A stretch of 64,000 nucleotides of DNA from Candidatus Micrarchaeota archaeon (GCA_026414185.1 JAOAJL010000003.1:2896-66895), one strand, 5' to 3'. Shown: positions 42,510 to 52,429, counted from the first letter of the stretch. The notes: generated by a model not told the origin, from the letters alone. Translations and numbers: made by a program.

Positions 42510-43550
42510 ATGAAGCTGGGAAAGCAGGATGTGAAGGAGGGCGAAATCCGGCTCACGCCTGAAAACACAGAGGACCTGTGGCACATTGAGAGGATTTTGG
42601 AGCCAGGCGACCGCATAGCCGCAAAAAGCTGGCGGCGCTTCAAGGCGGCAGAGGGCGACGCAGGAGAAAAAAAGCCAGTCAATCTCAAGCTGCTGGTGGA
42701 AAAGGCAGAATTTTCTCCGTTTGCCAACAGGCTGCGCGTTACCGGCAAGATAATTGAAGGCACGCCCGCGGAGTTTGTGCAGATTGGGGCATACCACACC
42801 ATTGACGTAGAGGAGGGGTTTCCAGTTTCAATATTCAAGGACCGCTGGCTGTCCCACCACCTGGCTCGGATAAGGCAGGCGATTGAGGAGACAAGGCGCC
42901 CCCGGCTTGCCATGCTGGTTCTTGACGAATCAAAGGCGCTGTTTGCCACTCTGCGCGGCTACGGCGTGCAATATGAGCTTGAGCTGGAAAACCGGGCGTC
43001 AAAGCGGGACTCTGGCTTTGAGGAAAAGACCCAGGAATTCTTCAGCCAGATTCTAAAAAAGCTGCAGGGCATGCCGGCAGGGAAGATAATCGTGGCAGGG
43101 CCTGGCTTTGCCAAGGAGAACCTGCTGAAATTCATAAGGCACAAGGACGCCAACCTTGCCTCGCGCATCATACTGGAGCACTGCTCATACGCGGAGAGGG
43201 CGGGGATAAACGAGCTCCTCAAGCGCGGGGCTGTCTCCAAGGCTGCCCAGCAGGAGCGGGCAGAAAACGAGCTTGTGCTTATGGAAAAATTCAAAGCAGA
43301 GCTGGCAAGGGAGTCCGGGCTTGCCGCCTATGGGATGGAAGAGGTGAAAAACGCGGTTCTTGCCTCTGCAGTGGAGCAGCTTCTTGTTCTTGACGAACTG
43401 CTCAGGACGAACAAGGAAGTGGAAGCGGTTGTGGAGGAAGCGGAAAAGCGCAAAGTGAAGCTTGTGGTTTTTTCGCACGCCTCCGACGGCGGCCGAGAGC
43501 TTGCCGGCTACGGCGGATTTGCGGCTCTCCTTCGCTTCAGGATAAGGTAG
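42510..43550 (+). CDS. pelA: Pelota (Dom34 homologue, ribosome rescue)
   Basis: Starts MKLGKQDVKEGEIRLTPENTEDLWHIERILEPGD. eRF1-like domains 2 and 3. 346 aa. Confidence 0.9.
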   Translation: MKLGKQDVKEGEIRLTPENTEDLWHIERILEPGDRIAAKSWRRFKAAEGDAGEKKPVNLKLLVEKAEFSPFANRLRVTGKIIEGTPAEFVQIGAYHTIDVEEGFPVSIFKDRWLSHHLARIRQAIEETRRPRLAMLVLDESKALFATLRGYGVQYELELENRASKRDSGFEEKTQEFFSQILKKLQGMPAGKIIVAGPGFAKENLLKFIRHKDANLASRIILEHCSYAERAGINELLKRGAVSKAAQQERAENELVLMEKFKAELARESGLAAYGMEEVKNAVLASAVEQLLVLDELLRTNKEVEAVVEEAEKRKVKLVVFSHASDGGRELAGYGGFAALLRFRIR

Positions 43551-44501
43551 CTACTTTATCAGCAAAAGCTGCGCCAGCAGAGCCTCAACCTGGAGCATCT
43601 CGTTTGCGCCCTCAACAAGGCGGAAATTGTACTCCCCAATCTTGTCCATTATCATCACTTTCTCCCGCTCCGAGACATCCAGCTTGTCAATAGTGCGGTA
43701 CATCTGCAAAAGGACGTCCTCCCCACTCATCCCGTATTCTATCATGAGCTGATGAAGCTTCTTTCGCGCCTCGGAAAACTTCCTATTGAGGGCAAGCTCC
43801 ATCATCTGGCGGACCTCCTCGGGCTCAGCCCTGCCAGCGCTTCTGTAGACTGCCTCTGCGCCTATGTGAGAGGAGTGCAGCGCAGCGCCCTGCAGGGCGT
43901 TTATCGCGCGGCGCATGTCCCCCTCGCAAACATACAAAATCGCCTCCATCCCTTCCTTGTCAATCTTCAGCCCCTCCCCATGCGCCACCCTCTCTATCAT
44001 CTCCTTGCACTCCTCTGCCGAGAGGGGGCGGAAGCGGAAGACCGAGCATCGGCTTTGCAGTGGCTCTATTATCTTTGAGGAGTAGTTTGCGGAGAGGATG
44101 AAGCGCGTGACATTCACATAAAGCTCCATCGTCCTGCGCAGCGCATTTTGCGCATCCGCAGTCAGCGAGTCCGCCTCGTCAAGAAATATTATCTTGAAAG
44201 GGACGTCCTCAAGGCTGACTGTCCGCGCAAAGTCCTTTATCTTGCCCCTCACAACGTCTATGCCGCGCTCGTCAGAAGCGTTCAGCTCCAGTATGCACTC
44301 GCGGAATTTCTCCCCGTACAAGTCGCGGGCAAGCGCAAGGGCGGCAGTGGTCTTGCCTATGCCGGGCGGTCCTGCGAAAAGCAGGTTGGGCATGTTCTTT
44401 TCCCGCACATAGGCTTTCAGTATTGAAACTATCTCCTTCTGCCCGACAACCTCGGAAAGCTTTTTTGGCCTGTATTTTTCAGTCCAAGGGATGTAGTCCA
44501 T
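43551..44501 (-). CDS. rfcS: replication factor C small subunit
   Basis: Trimmed to ATG 44501 (MDYIPWTEKYRPKKLSEVVGQ). Motifs: GPPGIGKTT, DEADSLT, SRC motif (QSRCSVFRF). Confidence 0.95.
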   Translation of the reverse strand: MDYIPWTEKYRPKKLSEVVGQKEIVSILKAYVREKNMPNLLFAGPPGIGKTTAALALARDLYGEKFRECILELNASDERGIDVVRGKIKDFARTVSLEDVPFKIIFLDEADSLTADAQNALRRTMELYVNVTRFILSANYSSKIIEPLQSRCSVFRFRPLSAEECKEMIERVAHGEGLKIDKEGMEAILYVCEGDMRRAINALQGAALHSSHIGAEAVYRSAGRAEPEEVRQMMELALNRKFSEARKKLHQLMIEYGMSGEDVLLQMYRTIDKLDVSEREKVMIMDKIGEYNFRLVEGANEMLQVEALLAQLLLIK

Positions 44502-44579
44502 CGCCTCCCACCGCCTTGCTCTCCTTTTGCTCCAAATACTTAAATAGTTTCGTCCTGCCAAATTAGCAAAGCTGATTGC

Positions 44580-44918
44580 ATGAATTTGGACGATTTCCAG
44601 TTTTCAGCCGCATTCTCATTTCTGGCGGTGCTTGCGGCGTTTTTTGGCGGCGCCGCCCCGGGCGCAGGCGCGCTTTTTTTCGCTTCCCTCTTTGCCGCCT
44701 GCGGGGTGGGCTACCTCTTCCTCTCAGAGCTCCAAAAGTCAGGAACAAGCGGGAAAAAAGCCGCCTACCTGTATGCCGCATCCTGCCTCCTCTCCTTTTT
44801 CGCAGCCATGCTCTTCTCAGGCTCGCTCAATCCGCTTTCTTCCTTTCTTTTCCTCCCGGCACTGCTTTGCGCCCCAGCAGCTGCCTGCCTAATCAAGCCA
44901 TTGCTTTTCGGAGCGTGA
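44580..44918 (+). CDS. small hypothetical membrane protein
   Basis: Three to four hydrophobic Ala/Phe/Leu-rich segments. It sits between rfcS and ileS. Confidence 0.4.
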   Translation: MNLDDFQFSAAFSFLAVLAAFFGGAAPGAGALFFASLFAACGVGYLFLSELQKSGTSGKKAAYLYAASCLLSFFAAMLFSGSLNPLSSFLFLPALLCAPAAACLIKPLLFGA

Positions 44919-44924
44919 TGCGGA

Positions 44925-47900
44925 ATGCATGACCAGGTGGAGATTGAGCGGCAGATAGCCAAGCTTTGGGAAAAGGAAGGCATCTACGAAAAGGTGAAGG
45001 CGGCAACTGCCGGCGGCAAGCTCTTCTACTTCTGCGACGGCCCGCCGTATGCGACAGGCGCGATTCACCCCGGCACCGCCTGGAACAAATGCATAAAAGA
45101 CAGCATCTGCCGCTACAAGCGCGCCTGCGGCTACAACGTGCGAAGCCAGCCGGGCTTTGACACCCACGGTCTGCCGATAGAGGTGAAGGTGGAGCAGGAG
45201 CTCAAATTCTCAAGCAAGCGGGACATAGAAAAATACGGTGTTGATAAGTTCGTGGAAAAATGCAAGGCATTCGCGACGCAGTATATCGGAATAAACACCG
45301 AGCAGTTCAAGCGCTGCGGAGTGTGGATGGACTGGGACAGCCCATACATAACTTACAGGGACTCTTACATAGAGGCTTCCTGGGGGACGATTGCTGCCGC
45401 AAAAGAGAAGGGGCTTTTGCACGAAGGCGTGTATGTTGTGCCTTACTGCAGCCGATGCGAGACCACGCTTGCAAACTACGAGCTTGAGTATGGGGAGGAG
45501 ACAGACCCGTCAATATATGTGAAGTTCAGGCTGAAGGACCTGCCCGACGAGTATTTTGTAGTCTGGACGACAACCCCTTGGACGCTTGTCTCCAACGTCG
45601 CGATAATGGCGCACCCGATTTATTCCTATGTGAAGGCGCGGGTGGGAAGCGAGACCTGGATAGTGGCAAAGGAGAGGCTGGATAGCCTGATGGGCTTGGT
45701 GGGGCAGTCCGCCACCATTCTCGGCGAGCTTTCTGGAAAGAAGCTTGAAAAAATCCAATACGTCCATCCGCTTGCTGACAAGATTGGAAAGAAGATTGAG
45801 CGCAGGGTGGTGCTCTCAGACGAATTCGTGACGCTTGAGGATGGGAGCGGGCTTGTGCACTGCGCGCCGGGCCACGGGCCAGAGGACTTCATAAACGGAA
45901 AGCGCTTTTCCCTTGCCATCTTCCCACCTGTGGACTCAAGCGGGCGTTTCACCAAAGAGGCAGGGGAATACCGACTCCTTCCTGTCCGCGAGGCTTCGCA
46001 GAAGGTTATTGGGGATTTGGAAGCCTGCGGCGCGCTTGTGCACAAGGGCAGCCTGACGCACCGCTATCCGCACTGCTGGCGCTGCAAGACCCCGCTCATA
46101 TTCATTGCGACCAACCAGTGGTTCATTTCAGTCTCCAAGCTCAAGCAGCAGATGCTCTCCGAGATAGAAAAGTGCGACTGGCACCCGGATTTTGCCAAGA
46201 AATACTTTTCCGACTTCGTGCAGTCCGCCCCGGACTGGTGCATCAGCCGCCAGCGCTACTGGGGAATCCCCCTTCCAATCTGGAGATGCGGGCACTGCGG
46301 GCACATAAAGGTAGTCTCTTCCCGCTCCGAGCTACCCAAAATCCCGGAGCTGCACAGGCCCTTCATAGACGCGGTGAAGTTCAAGTGCGAAAAATGCGGC
46401 TCTACTGCGCATCGCATCCCGGACATACTTGACGTGTGGTTTGACTCCGGCAATGCAGTGTGGGCTTCGCTTTCTGATGATGAGCGCAAGAGGCTTTCCG
46501 CCGCGGATTTCATAGTGGAGGGCAAGGACCAGACGCGCGGCTGGTTCTACTCTCTCCTCGGCTCGGGAGTGGTGCTCAACGGGGAGATTCCCTACAAGGC
46601 GCTTTTGATGCACGGCTTTTTCGTGGATGAGAAAGGCGAGAAGATGTCAAAGTCGCTTGGCAATTTCGTGCCTCTTGAGGAGACGGTTGAAAAATACGGC
46701 GCAGACTCCTTCCGCCTCTGGTCGCTTTCAAACCCCGTGTGGGACGACCTCCGCTTCAACTGGAGCGAATTGAAGGAGGCGCACCGCGCCGTCGGCACCA
46801 TCTACAACCTGGGAGTTTTCCTCTCCCGCTTCTATCCAGAAGCAAGAAAGCCGACCCTTGAAGGCGCCGAACTTGCAGTTGAGGACCGCTGGATTCTTTC
46901 CCGCCTTTGCGCCACCATTGAAACCTGCACCGAGGGCTATGAGGGCTACAAGCCGCATATTGCCGCAAAGGCTGTGCGGGAGTTCCTCATAGAAGACATA
47001 AGCCGCTTTTATATGAAGCTTGCCAAGAAAAGAATAGATGAGCAGGGCGCCTCATGCAGCGCCATGGCGGTGCTTTATCACGCCATCTTTGAAGCGCTCC
47101 GCCTCCTCACGCCTGTTGCGCCATTCATATCCGAGTACATCTACCAATCATTTTACCGCAAATACGAGGGCAGGCAGTCCATCTCGCTTTTCCCCTGGCC
47201 CTCTGCTGATAAGAAAGCCCGCGACACCCTCCTTGAATCGCGCTTTGCGATTGCCCGAAGCACAGTCGCCGCAATTGCCTCCTGCCGCCAGAAAGCCGCC
47301 ATCCCCCTCCGCTGGCCTCTTGAGGAAGCGCGCGTAGGCTCGGACTCCACAGAAGTGCTTTCCGCACTTGAGCACCTCTCCTCTATAGTGGAAGAGCTCT
47401 CAAATGTGCGCAAGGTGAGGATAGGCAACCTGCCAAGAAGCTCAATCAAGGTCTCCATCAACAAGTCAAAGGTTGGTGCAGCCTTCAAGGGCGACTCGCC
47501 GCAAGCCATAGCCGCAATTGAAGCAGTGCCAGCCGAGGAGATAGAAAAATGGCTTTCAGGCAAAAAGGCGGATTTCCTTGCAGGCGGAAAATACCTCATA
47601 CGGCAAGAGATGGTCTCTGTTGAGGAGAAGGCAGAGGGTTTTGCGGTGGAAAGATTTGAAGGCGGAAAAGTCTACCTAAAAACAGAGATAAAGCGCGAGC
47701 TTTACGAGGAGGCAATGGTCCGCGAGGTGGCGCGGAGGGTCCAGCTCATGAGAAAGGAGAAGCGGCTTGTTGAGTCCGACAAAATAGCTCTACATATAGA
47801 AACATCCGACAAGGAGCTTTCTGGGATTCTAAAAAGGCACCAGCAGTCCCTTGCCTCCCAGGTGAATGCCTCCGCCGTAGCATTCACACCGCACCGCGCC

Positions 47901-47963
47901 TCATTTGCGAAAGAGTGGGAGATAGGCGACTCAAAGGTGCTCTTGTCAATTGAGAAAAGATAG
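44925..47963 (+). CDS. ileS: isoleucyl-tRNA synthetase
   Basis: HIGH-type motif (PYATGAIHPGTAWN), KMSKS (EKMSKSLGN), and an editing-domain insertion. 1012 aa. Confidence 0.97.
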   Translation: MHDQVEIERQIAKLWEKEGIYEKVKAATAGGKLFYFCDGPPYATGAIHPGTAWNKCIKDSICRYKRACGYNVRSQPGFDTHGLPIEVKVEQELKFSSKRDIEKYGVDKFVEKCKAFATQYIGINTEQFKRCGVWMDWDSPYITYRDSYIEASWGTIAAAKEKGLLHEGVYVVPYCSRCETTLANYELEYGEETDPSIYVKFRLKDLPDEYFVVWTTTPWTLVSNVAIMAHPIYSYVKARVGSETWIVAKERLDSLMGLVGQSATILGELSGKKLEKIQYVHPLADKIGKKIERRVVLSDEFVTLEDGSGLVHCAPGHGPEDFINGKRFSLAIFPPVDSSGRFTKEAGEYRLLPVREASQKVIGDLEACGALVHKGSLTHRYPHCWRCKTPLIFIATNQWFISVSKLKQQMLSEIEKCDWHPDFAKKYFSDFVQSAPDWCISRQRYWGIPLPIWRCGHCGHIKVVSSRSELPKIPELHRPFIDAVKFKCEKCGSTAHRIPDILDVWFDSGNAVWASLSDDERKRLSAADFIVEGKDQTRGWFYSLLGSGVVLNGEIPYKALLMHGFFVDEKGEKMSKSLGNFVPLEETVEKYGADSFRLWSLSNPVWDDLRFNWSELKEAHRAVGTIYNLGVFLSRFYPEARKPTLEGAELAVEDRWILSRLCATIETCTEGYEGYKPHIAAKAVREFLIEDISRFYMKLAKKRIDEQGASCSAMAVLYHAIFEALRLLTPVAPFISEYIYQSFYRKYEGRQSISLFPWPSADKKARDTLLESRFAIARSTVAAIASCRQKAAIPLRWPLEEARVGSDSTEVLSALEHLSSIVEELSNVRKVRIGNLPRSSIKVSINKSKVGAAFKGDSPQAIAAIEAVPAEEIEKWLSGKKADFLAGGKYLIRQEMVSVEEKAEGFAVERFEGGKVYLKTEIKRELYEEAMVREVARRVQLMRKEKRLVESDKIALHIETSDKELSGILKRHQQSLASQVNASAVAFTPHRASFAKEWEIGDSKVLLSIEKR

Positions 47964-48037
47964 CCCCCGCAGGCACGGCACCCTTTTATTTCTTTTGTCA
48001 TATATCCGTCGCAGAATGGTTTAGTGTCGGTGATGGG

Positions 48038-48217
48038 TTGATTTGCGACAGGTGCTCAAATCAGGTTTATGCCCTGGAAAAGTGCAACTACTGCGAAAAG
48101 CATGTCTGCGAAGCATGCAAAAAATCCGCCAAGCGAGTAAAAAAGGTGGACCGCTACGTCATCTGCAAGGACTGCTGGGGCAACCTCAAGCACCGCGCGG
48201 ACTTCAAGGCGCTCTAA
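48038..48217 (+). CDS. small zinc-binding protein (59 aa, four CxxC pairs; below the ORF-track cutoff)
   Basis: My translation from TTG 48038, preceded by GGTGAT: (M)ICDRCSNQVYALEKCNYCEKHVCEACKKSAKRVKKVDRYVICKDCWGNLKHRADFKAL. The track ORF 48043..48288 is in another frame. Confidence 0.45.
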   Translation: MICDRCSNQVYALEKCNYCEKHVCEACKKSAKRVKKVDRYVICKDCWGNLKHRADFKAL

Positions 48218-48260
48218 CCGCTCCCCATCTGGTTTTTAACCTTCCTCTTCCTTTTGGGAT

Positions 48261-49532
48261 TTGGTGCTTTTCTTGGGCAAGATTGTAGGGGTGAAAGCCC
48301 GCCAGGTCCTTGACTCGCGGGGCAACCCGACCGTGCAGGCAGAGGTGCTTTCTGAGCACGGCTTTGGCAGGGCATCCTCTCCCTCGGGTGCATCCACCGG
48401 CAGGCACGAGGCGCTTGAGCTTCGCGACGGGGGCAAAAAATACGGCGGCAAGGGAGTGCAGAAAGCAGTTGCAAATGTCAACGGAAAGATAGCAAAAGCG
48501 CTTGTGGGGAAAGAAGTATGCAGGCAGTCCGAGATAGATTCCCTTCTTTGCCTGCTTGACTCCAGCCGAAACAAAGCCGGGCTTGGGGCAAATGCCACCA
48601 CCGCAGTTTCAATCGCAGCTGCGCAGTGCGCCGCCTCGGAAAAGGGCTGCGGGCTTTATGAGCTTCTGGGGCAAAAGCCTCTCCTGCCTGCGCCCATGAT
48701 GAACGTGCTGAATGGGGGCAAGCACGCGCAGGGCGCCCTTGCCATCCAGGAGCTTATGATTTTCCCGCTTTACTTCCGCACTTTCTCCGACGCCCTGCGA
48801 GCCGGCGTAGAGATATATCACGAGCTTGGAAGGCTCATTTCCAAAAAATACGGCAAGAGCGCAACGCTAATAGGGGACGAAGGCGGCTTTGCACCACCCT
48901 GCCAGTCAACAGCCGAAGCCCTTGACCTGCTTGAGAAGGCAATAGAAAACTGCGGCTATCAAAAGAGGGTAAGGCTCGCCGTTGATGCCGCCGCCTCCTC
49001 CTTTTACGGCAAATCGGGCAGGTACCTGCTTGACAAAAAGAGCCTTTCAGCGCAGCAGCTTTCCGATTTCTACTGTTCCCTTTGCAAATCCTATCCAATC
49101 GTGTCATTGGAAGACCCGTTTGAGGAGGACTCTTTTGAGCAGTTTTCGGAGCTTCGCCGCAGGCTTTCCGGCAGAGTGCAGATTGTGGGCGACGACCTGC
49201 TTGTAACAAACACCTTCCGCATCCAAGAGGCAATCAGGCGCGAATCCGTCTCAGCCCTCCTTCTCAAAGTCAATCAGGTCGGCACTCTTTCAGAGGCGCT
49301 TTTGGCAGCCGCCCTCTGCCGCAAAAGCAGGCTTGGGGTGGTAGTTTCGCACCGCTCGGGCGAAACTGAGGACAGCGCAATTGCAGACATCGCGGTGGGG
49401 ATAGGCTGCGGGCAGATAAAGGCCGGGGCGCCTGCGCGGGGCGAGAGGACTGTAAAATACAACCGCCTGCTGCAGATTGAGGAAGAGCTTCCTTGCGGCT
49501 CTTTTGCTCGCGACTGCGGGCTGGCAAGGTGA
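48261..49532 (+). CDS. eno: enolase
   Basis: Motifs: ARQVLDSRGNPTVQAEV, SGASTG.HEA.ELRD, SHRSGETED. There is no in-frame ATG near the N-terminus, so a TTG/GTG start (48261-48273) is implied. Confidence 0.95.
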   Translation: MVLFLGKIVGVKARQVLDSRGNPTVQAEVLSEHGFGRASSPSGASTGRHEALELRDGGKKYGGKGVQKAVANVNGKIAKALVGKEVCRQSEIDSLLCLLDSSRNKAGLGANATTAVSIAAAQCAASEKGCGLYELLGQKPLLPAPMMNVLNGGKHAQGALAIQELMIFPLYFRTFSDALRAGVEIYHELGRLISKKYGKSATLIGDEGGFAPPCQSTAEALDLLEKAIENCGYQKRVRLAVDAAASSFYGKSGRYLLDKKSLSAQQLSDFYCSLCKSYPIVSLEDPFEEDSFEQFSELRRRLSGRVQIVGDDLLVTNTFRIQEAIRRESVSALLLKVNQVGTLSEALLAAALCRKSRLGVVVSHRSGETEDSAIADIAVGIGCGQIKAGAPARGERTVKYNRLLQIEEELPCGSFARDCGLAR

Positions 49533-49541
49533 GGTGCTGGC

Positions 49542-49943
49542 TTGGGGCTTTTTGGGGAAACTGAGGCGCAAAAGGCATCGGCAATATCCATCCTGTATAC
49601 GCTTTCCTTTGCTTCCCTTTTTGCCATAGGCACACTGCTTATGGCATTTGCAAACTTCTTGCTGGGTGTGATTCTTTTTTCGCTGGGGCTTCTGCTAATG
49701 GTTGCCAATGAATACATGCTCTTGCGGCGCCAGCCGCCAGCCGCTTTTTCCTCCCCGTCCGAAGCCCTCTCCAGCCTCCTTTCATTCGCAGTCGCGTCCT
49801 ATCTTTTTCCAGCCACGATCGCGCTTTTTCTCTATTTCGGCTACGGCTTTTCCGAGCGGGTGCTCGTGGTGGTGGCGGCAGGCTTCATCATTACTTCGGT
49901 GAAAATAGCCGCAAAAACAGCCGAATTTTATGCTGGCAGATAG
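49542..49943 (+). CDS. hypothetical membrane protein (about 4 TM)
   Basis: TTG start 6 nt after GGTGAGGTG. Hydrophobic segments throughout. Confidence 0.45.
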   Translation: MGLFGETEAQKASAISILYTLSFASLFAIGTLLMAFANFLLGVILFSLGLLLMVANEYMLLRRQPPAAFSSPSEALSSLLSFAVASYLFPATIALFLYFGYGFSERVLVVVAAGFIITSVKIAAKTAEFYAGR

Positions 49944-50306
49944 CTATTGTATTCCATATTTTTTCTTGCTTCCGCTTTCAGGGTCGCCAGCTGCCCTTTC
50001 AAGCTGGTCTGCCAGGAACTTGGCAAGTCTCCTGCTTGCCTCCACCTCGGCAGGATGTCTTCCGCTTGTTCGGGGGTCTATATTGCAGCGCCAGTTCAGC
50101 TGCGCGGCAAGCCTGCTTTCCGCCCCCACTCTGTCTATCTCATGCAGGCAGGCAAGGACGAATAGATAGGGGCGCCCATCCATCGCCTCGTCAATCTCGC
50201 CGTGTATTTTTGCGACAAGCTCGTTTATCTTCTTCTCGTCCTTTTCCACCCTTTCACGGTATTTCTGATTCACCGCTGCATTTTCCGCCCCCTTATCCTC
50301 AGCCAT
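49944..50306 (-). CDS. hypothetical protein
   Basis: Trimmed to ATG 50306 (MAEDKGAENAAVNQKYRE...). No motif. It is divergent from the 50453 gene. Confidence 0.4.
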   Translation of the reverse strand: MAEDKGAENAAVNQKYRERVEKDEKKINELVAKIHGEIDEAMDGRPYLFVLACLHEIDRVGAESRLAAQLNWRCNIDPRTSGRHPAEVEASRRLAKFLADQLERAAGDPESGSKKKYGIQ

Positions 50307-50452
50307 GAAAACCCCCTCTTTGCTTGCCGCATAAAAGAGATAAAATACCGGCGGGTTGGAAGTCTGTGGTATTTTGTAAATGAAAGTGCATATGTTTTTA
50401 AACACTTCGCATAAGAACTAATGCGAAAGTGTGTTGTTTAGAGGTGATATGC

Positions 50453-52429
50453 GTGGTAGATCCTGAAAATCAGCCGTCGGTAGGCGGAAGGAGCGTCTAT
50501 GACTATCTTACTCAGCGGGAGCTTCTCTCCGAGCGCGAGGCAGAGGAGGCGCGCGAGGCAGTTTCACCCACCAAGCCTGCCTCAGGCGGTCGCGTCCTTG
50601 CCGCAACACTCCAGCGCCAAATAGAGGAGCTACAGGCGAAGATTGCGGAGAATGAAAAGAAGATTTCTGCTCTCAGGGAAAAGATAGCAGCTGCCGAGGA
50701 GAAGCTTTCAGAGCCAAAAATGGCGCGCCTTCACCAGGCATATCTTCTTCAGGCCGGGTTTTTGGAATACGCCAAGCTCAACCCGTACAATCTTTCAGAA
50801 TACCAGCTCGAGGTAGTGGCTTCAAATACGAACAAGGAGATAATGCAGCTCACCAAGGGGATGAGCAAAGAAGAAATAGAGCAAGGCATGGTTTTCATAG
50901 AGCAGACCGAAAGCCAGCTTTCCCTCTGGCGCCACCAGCTTGAAAGGCGTGAGGGGACATACCAAAAGCTACTTTTGCAGCACCTTGAGGCAAAGCAGAA
51001 AGCAATCGGAGGCGGCTCCAAGCAAAAGCAAGAAAAAGAGGGGGTTGAATACGGGCAGAAAGCCCCTGAAAAAGAAGAGCCCGTACCCATAGAAGTTAAA
51101 AAGGAATCAGCGCAGCCAAGCCCTGAACAAAAAGAGGAGGACAGGGCGGCTATGCAGAAGAAAAAGCCGATTGCAGAAGAAGAGCTTAATGCGGCAATAG
51201 GGGAATATGCAGAGCTTCTGCGCGCAAAGGAGAAATGGCGCAATCTTTCCGTCCTTTCGCGCTATTCCGAAAAACAGGGCAAAATCAAGAAGGCAATGCG
51301 CTTTTTGTTCGGAGTCCGCCATGACAATGACATTCTTGCGCGCGAGGCGGAGATACGCGAGAATTTCAAATCAACAGTTTCGCAGTTTCTTAATCAGTCC
51401 GCAAACCGCTCCCACGACCTTGACTTGGTTTACCGCAAGATTCGCGACGGGCTTAACGCAGAGGGCAGGGAGAGCGGATTTGCGCGCTTCCTAAGAAAGC
51501 TTCGCAAGCCCGCAGTTGCGTTTGCCAGGTTCCTGGCTGGCGCAGCCTTGGCGGTAGGCGCATTTCTCACAGGCGGGCTGCCGGGCGCAATAATGCTTGG
51601 CGCCGCTGGCGTGCTTGGCGCTGTTGGAAGGTTCGTTGCAGTGGACGGCATATGGGACTTTCTGCACAGCAAAATATCCACGCGCGAAAAGAAAGGCGCC
51701 TATGGCATGGCAGGCAACGTTTTCTACAACGCCTCAGACAGAAAGATGTCTGAAAAGGTGCACAAGGTCTTTTCGGGCATAGAGCAAAAGAATGCCGACG
51801 AAGTGGCAGAGGAAATAGACGGCTCATTCATGAAATACGCAAACAGGATAGGCCGCAACCGCTTCTGGAAGAGGCTTGCAGGGCTTGCCGCAATCGCAGC
51901 GCCATTCGTCTACAAATACTTTGCAGCACCGGGCAAGGAGACTGCTGCCCCTGACTCTACAAAGCCGCAGACAGTCCAGCCAAAGCCTGTTGAGCCAGAG
52001 CCAAAGCCGCCGGAGCAGGTTCCCCAGATTGAGGGAAGCGACATATACACCGTCAAGCCGGGCGGAAGCTTCTGGTCAATGAGCAAGGAGATACTCCATG
52101 ACAAGCTTGGCGAGCATTTTGACAAGCTGCCGACTGCTGAGAAGAACGCGATGATAAATGCGCTGTCAAAGCACCTGCAGGCAGACATGGCAGGCCATGA
52201 CATAACCCCCGGCGAGCTCCACCCCTACAACGGGCCGGGCAAGCCATGGCTCAACCTCTATGACAAGTTTGACGGGCACCAGACAGACATCAAATTCACC
52301 AAAGTCCACATGCAGGAATTCCTGAAAGAATACTTCCAGAACGGCAAGAAACTTCCGAAGGGAATCAGCCCTGAGACAGCCAACAAGATCCTAAGCAACC
52401 TGCCTGGCAAGACGCCGCTGAAGTCCTAA
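50453..52429 (+). CDS. large hypothetical coiled-coil membrane protein with Gly-zipper TM region, Pro-rich linker and LysM-like C-terminal segment
   Basis: GTG 50453 lies 5 nt after GAGGTGA (the track start is 50429). About 330 aa of heptad-rich charged sequence. TM region FLAGAALAVGAFLTGGLPGAIMLGAAGVLGAVG. Linker PKPVEPEPKPPEQVP. Then YTVKPGGSFWSMSKEIL. Confidence 0.55.
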   Translation: MVDPENQPSVGGRSVYDYLTQRELLSEREAEEAREAVSPTKPASGGRVLAATLQRQIEELQAKIAENEKKISALREKIAAAEEKLSEPKMARLHQAYLLQAGFLEYAKLNPYNLSEYQLEVVASNTNKEIMQLTKGMSKEEIEQGMVFIEQTESQLSLWRHQLERREGTYQKLLLQHLEAKQKAIGGGSKQKQEKEGVEYGQKAPEKEEPVPIEVKKESAQPSPEQKEEDRAAMQKKKPIAEEELNAAIGEYAELLRAKEKWRNLSVLSRYSEKQGKIKKAMRFLFGVRHDNDILAREAEIRENFKSTVSQFLNQSANRSHDLDLVYRKIRDGLNAEGRESGFARFLRKLRKPAVAFARFLAGAALAVGAFLTGGLPGAIMLGAAGVLGAVGRFVAVDGIWDFLHSKISTREKKGAYGMAGNVFYNASDRKMSEKVHKVFSGIEQKNADEVAEEIDGSFMKYANRIGRNRFWKRLAGLAAIAAPFVYKYFAAPGKETAAPDSTKPQTVQPKPVEPEPKPPEQVPQIEGSDIYTVKPGGSFWSMSKEILHDKLGEHFDKLPTAEKNAMINALSKHLQADMAGHDITPGELHPYNGPGKPWLNLYDKFDGHQTDIKFTKVHMQEFLKEYFQNGKKLPKGISPETANKILSNLPGKTPLKS

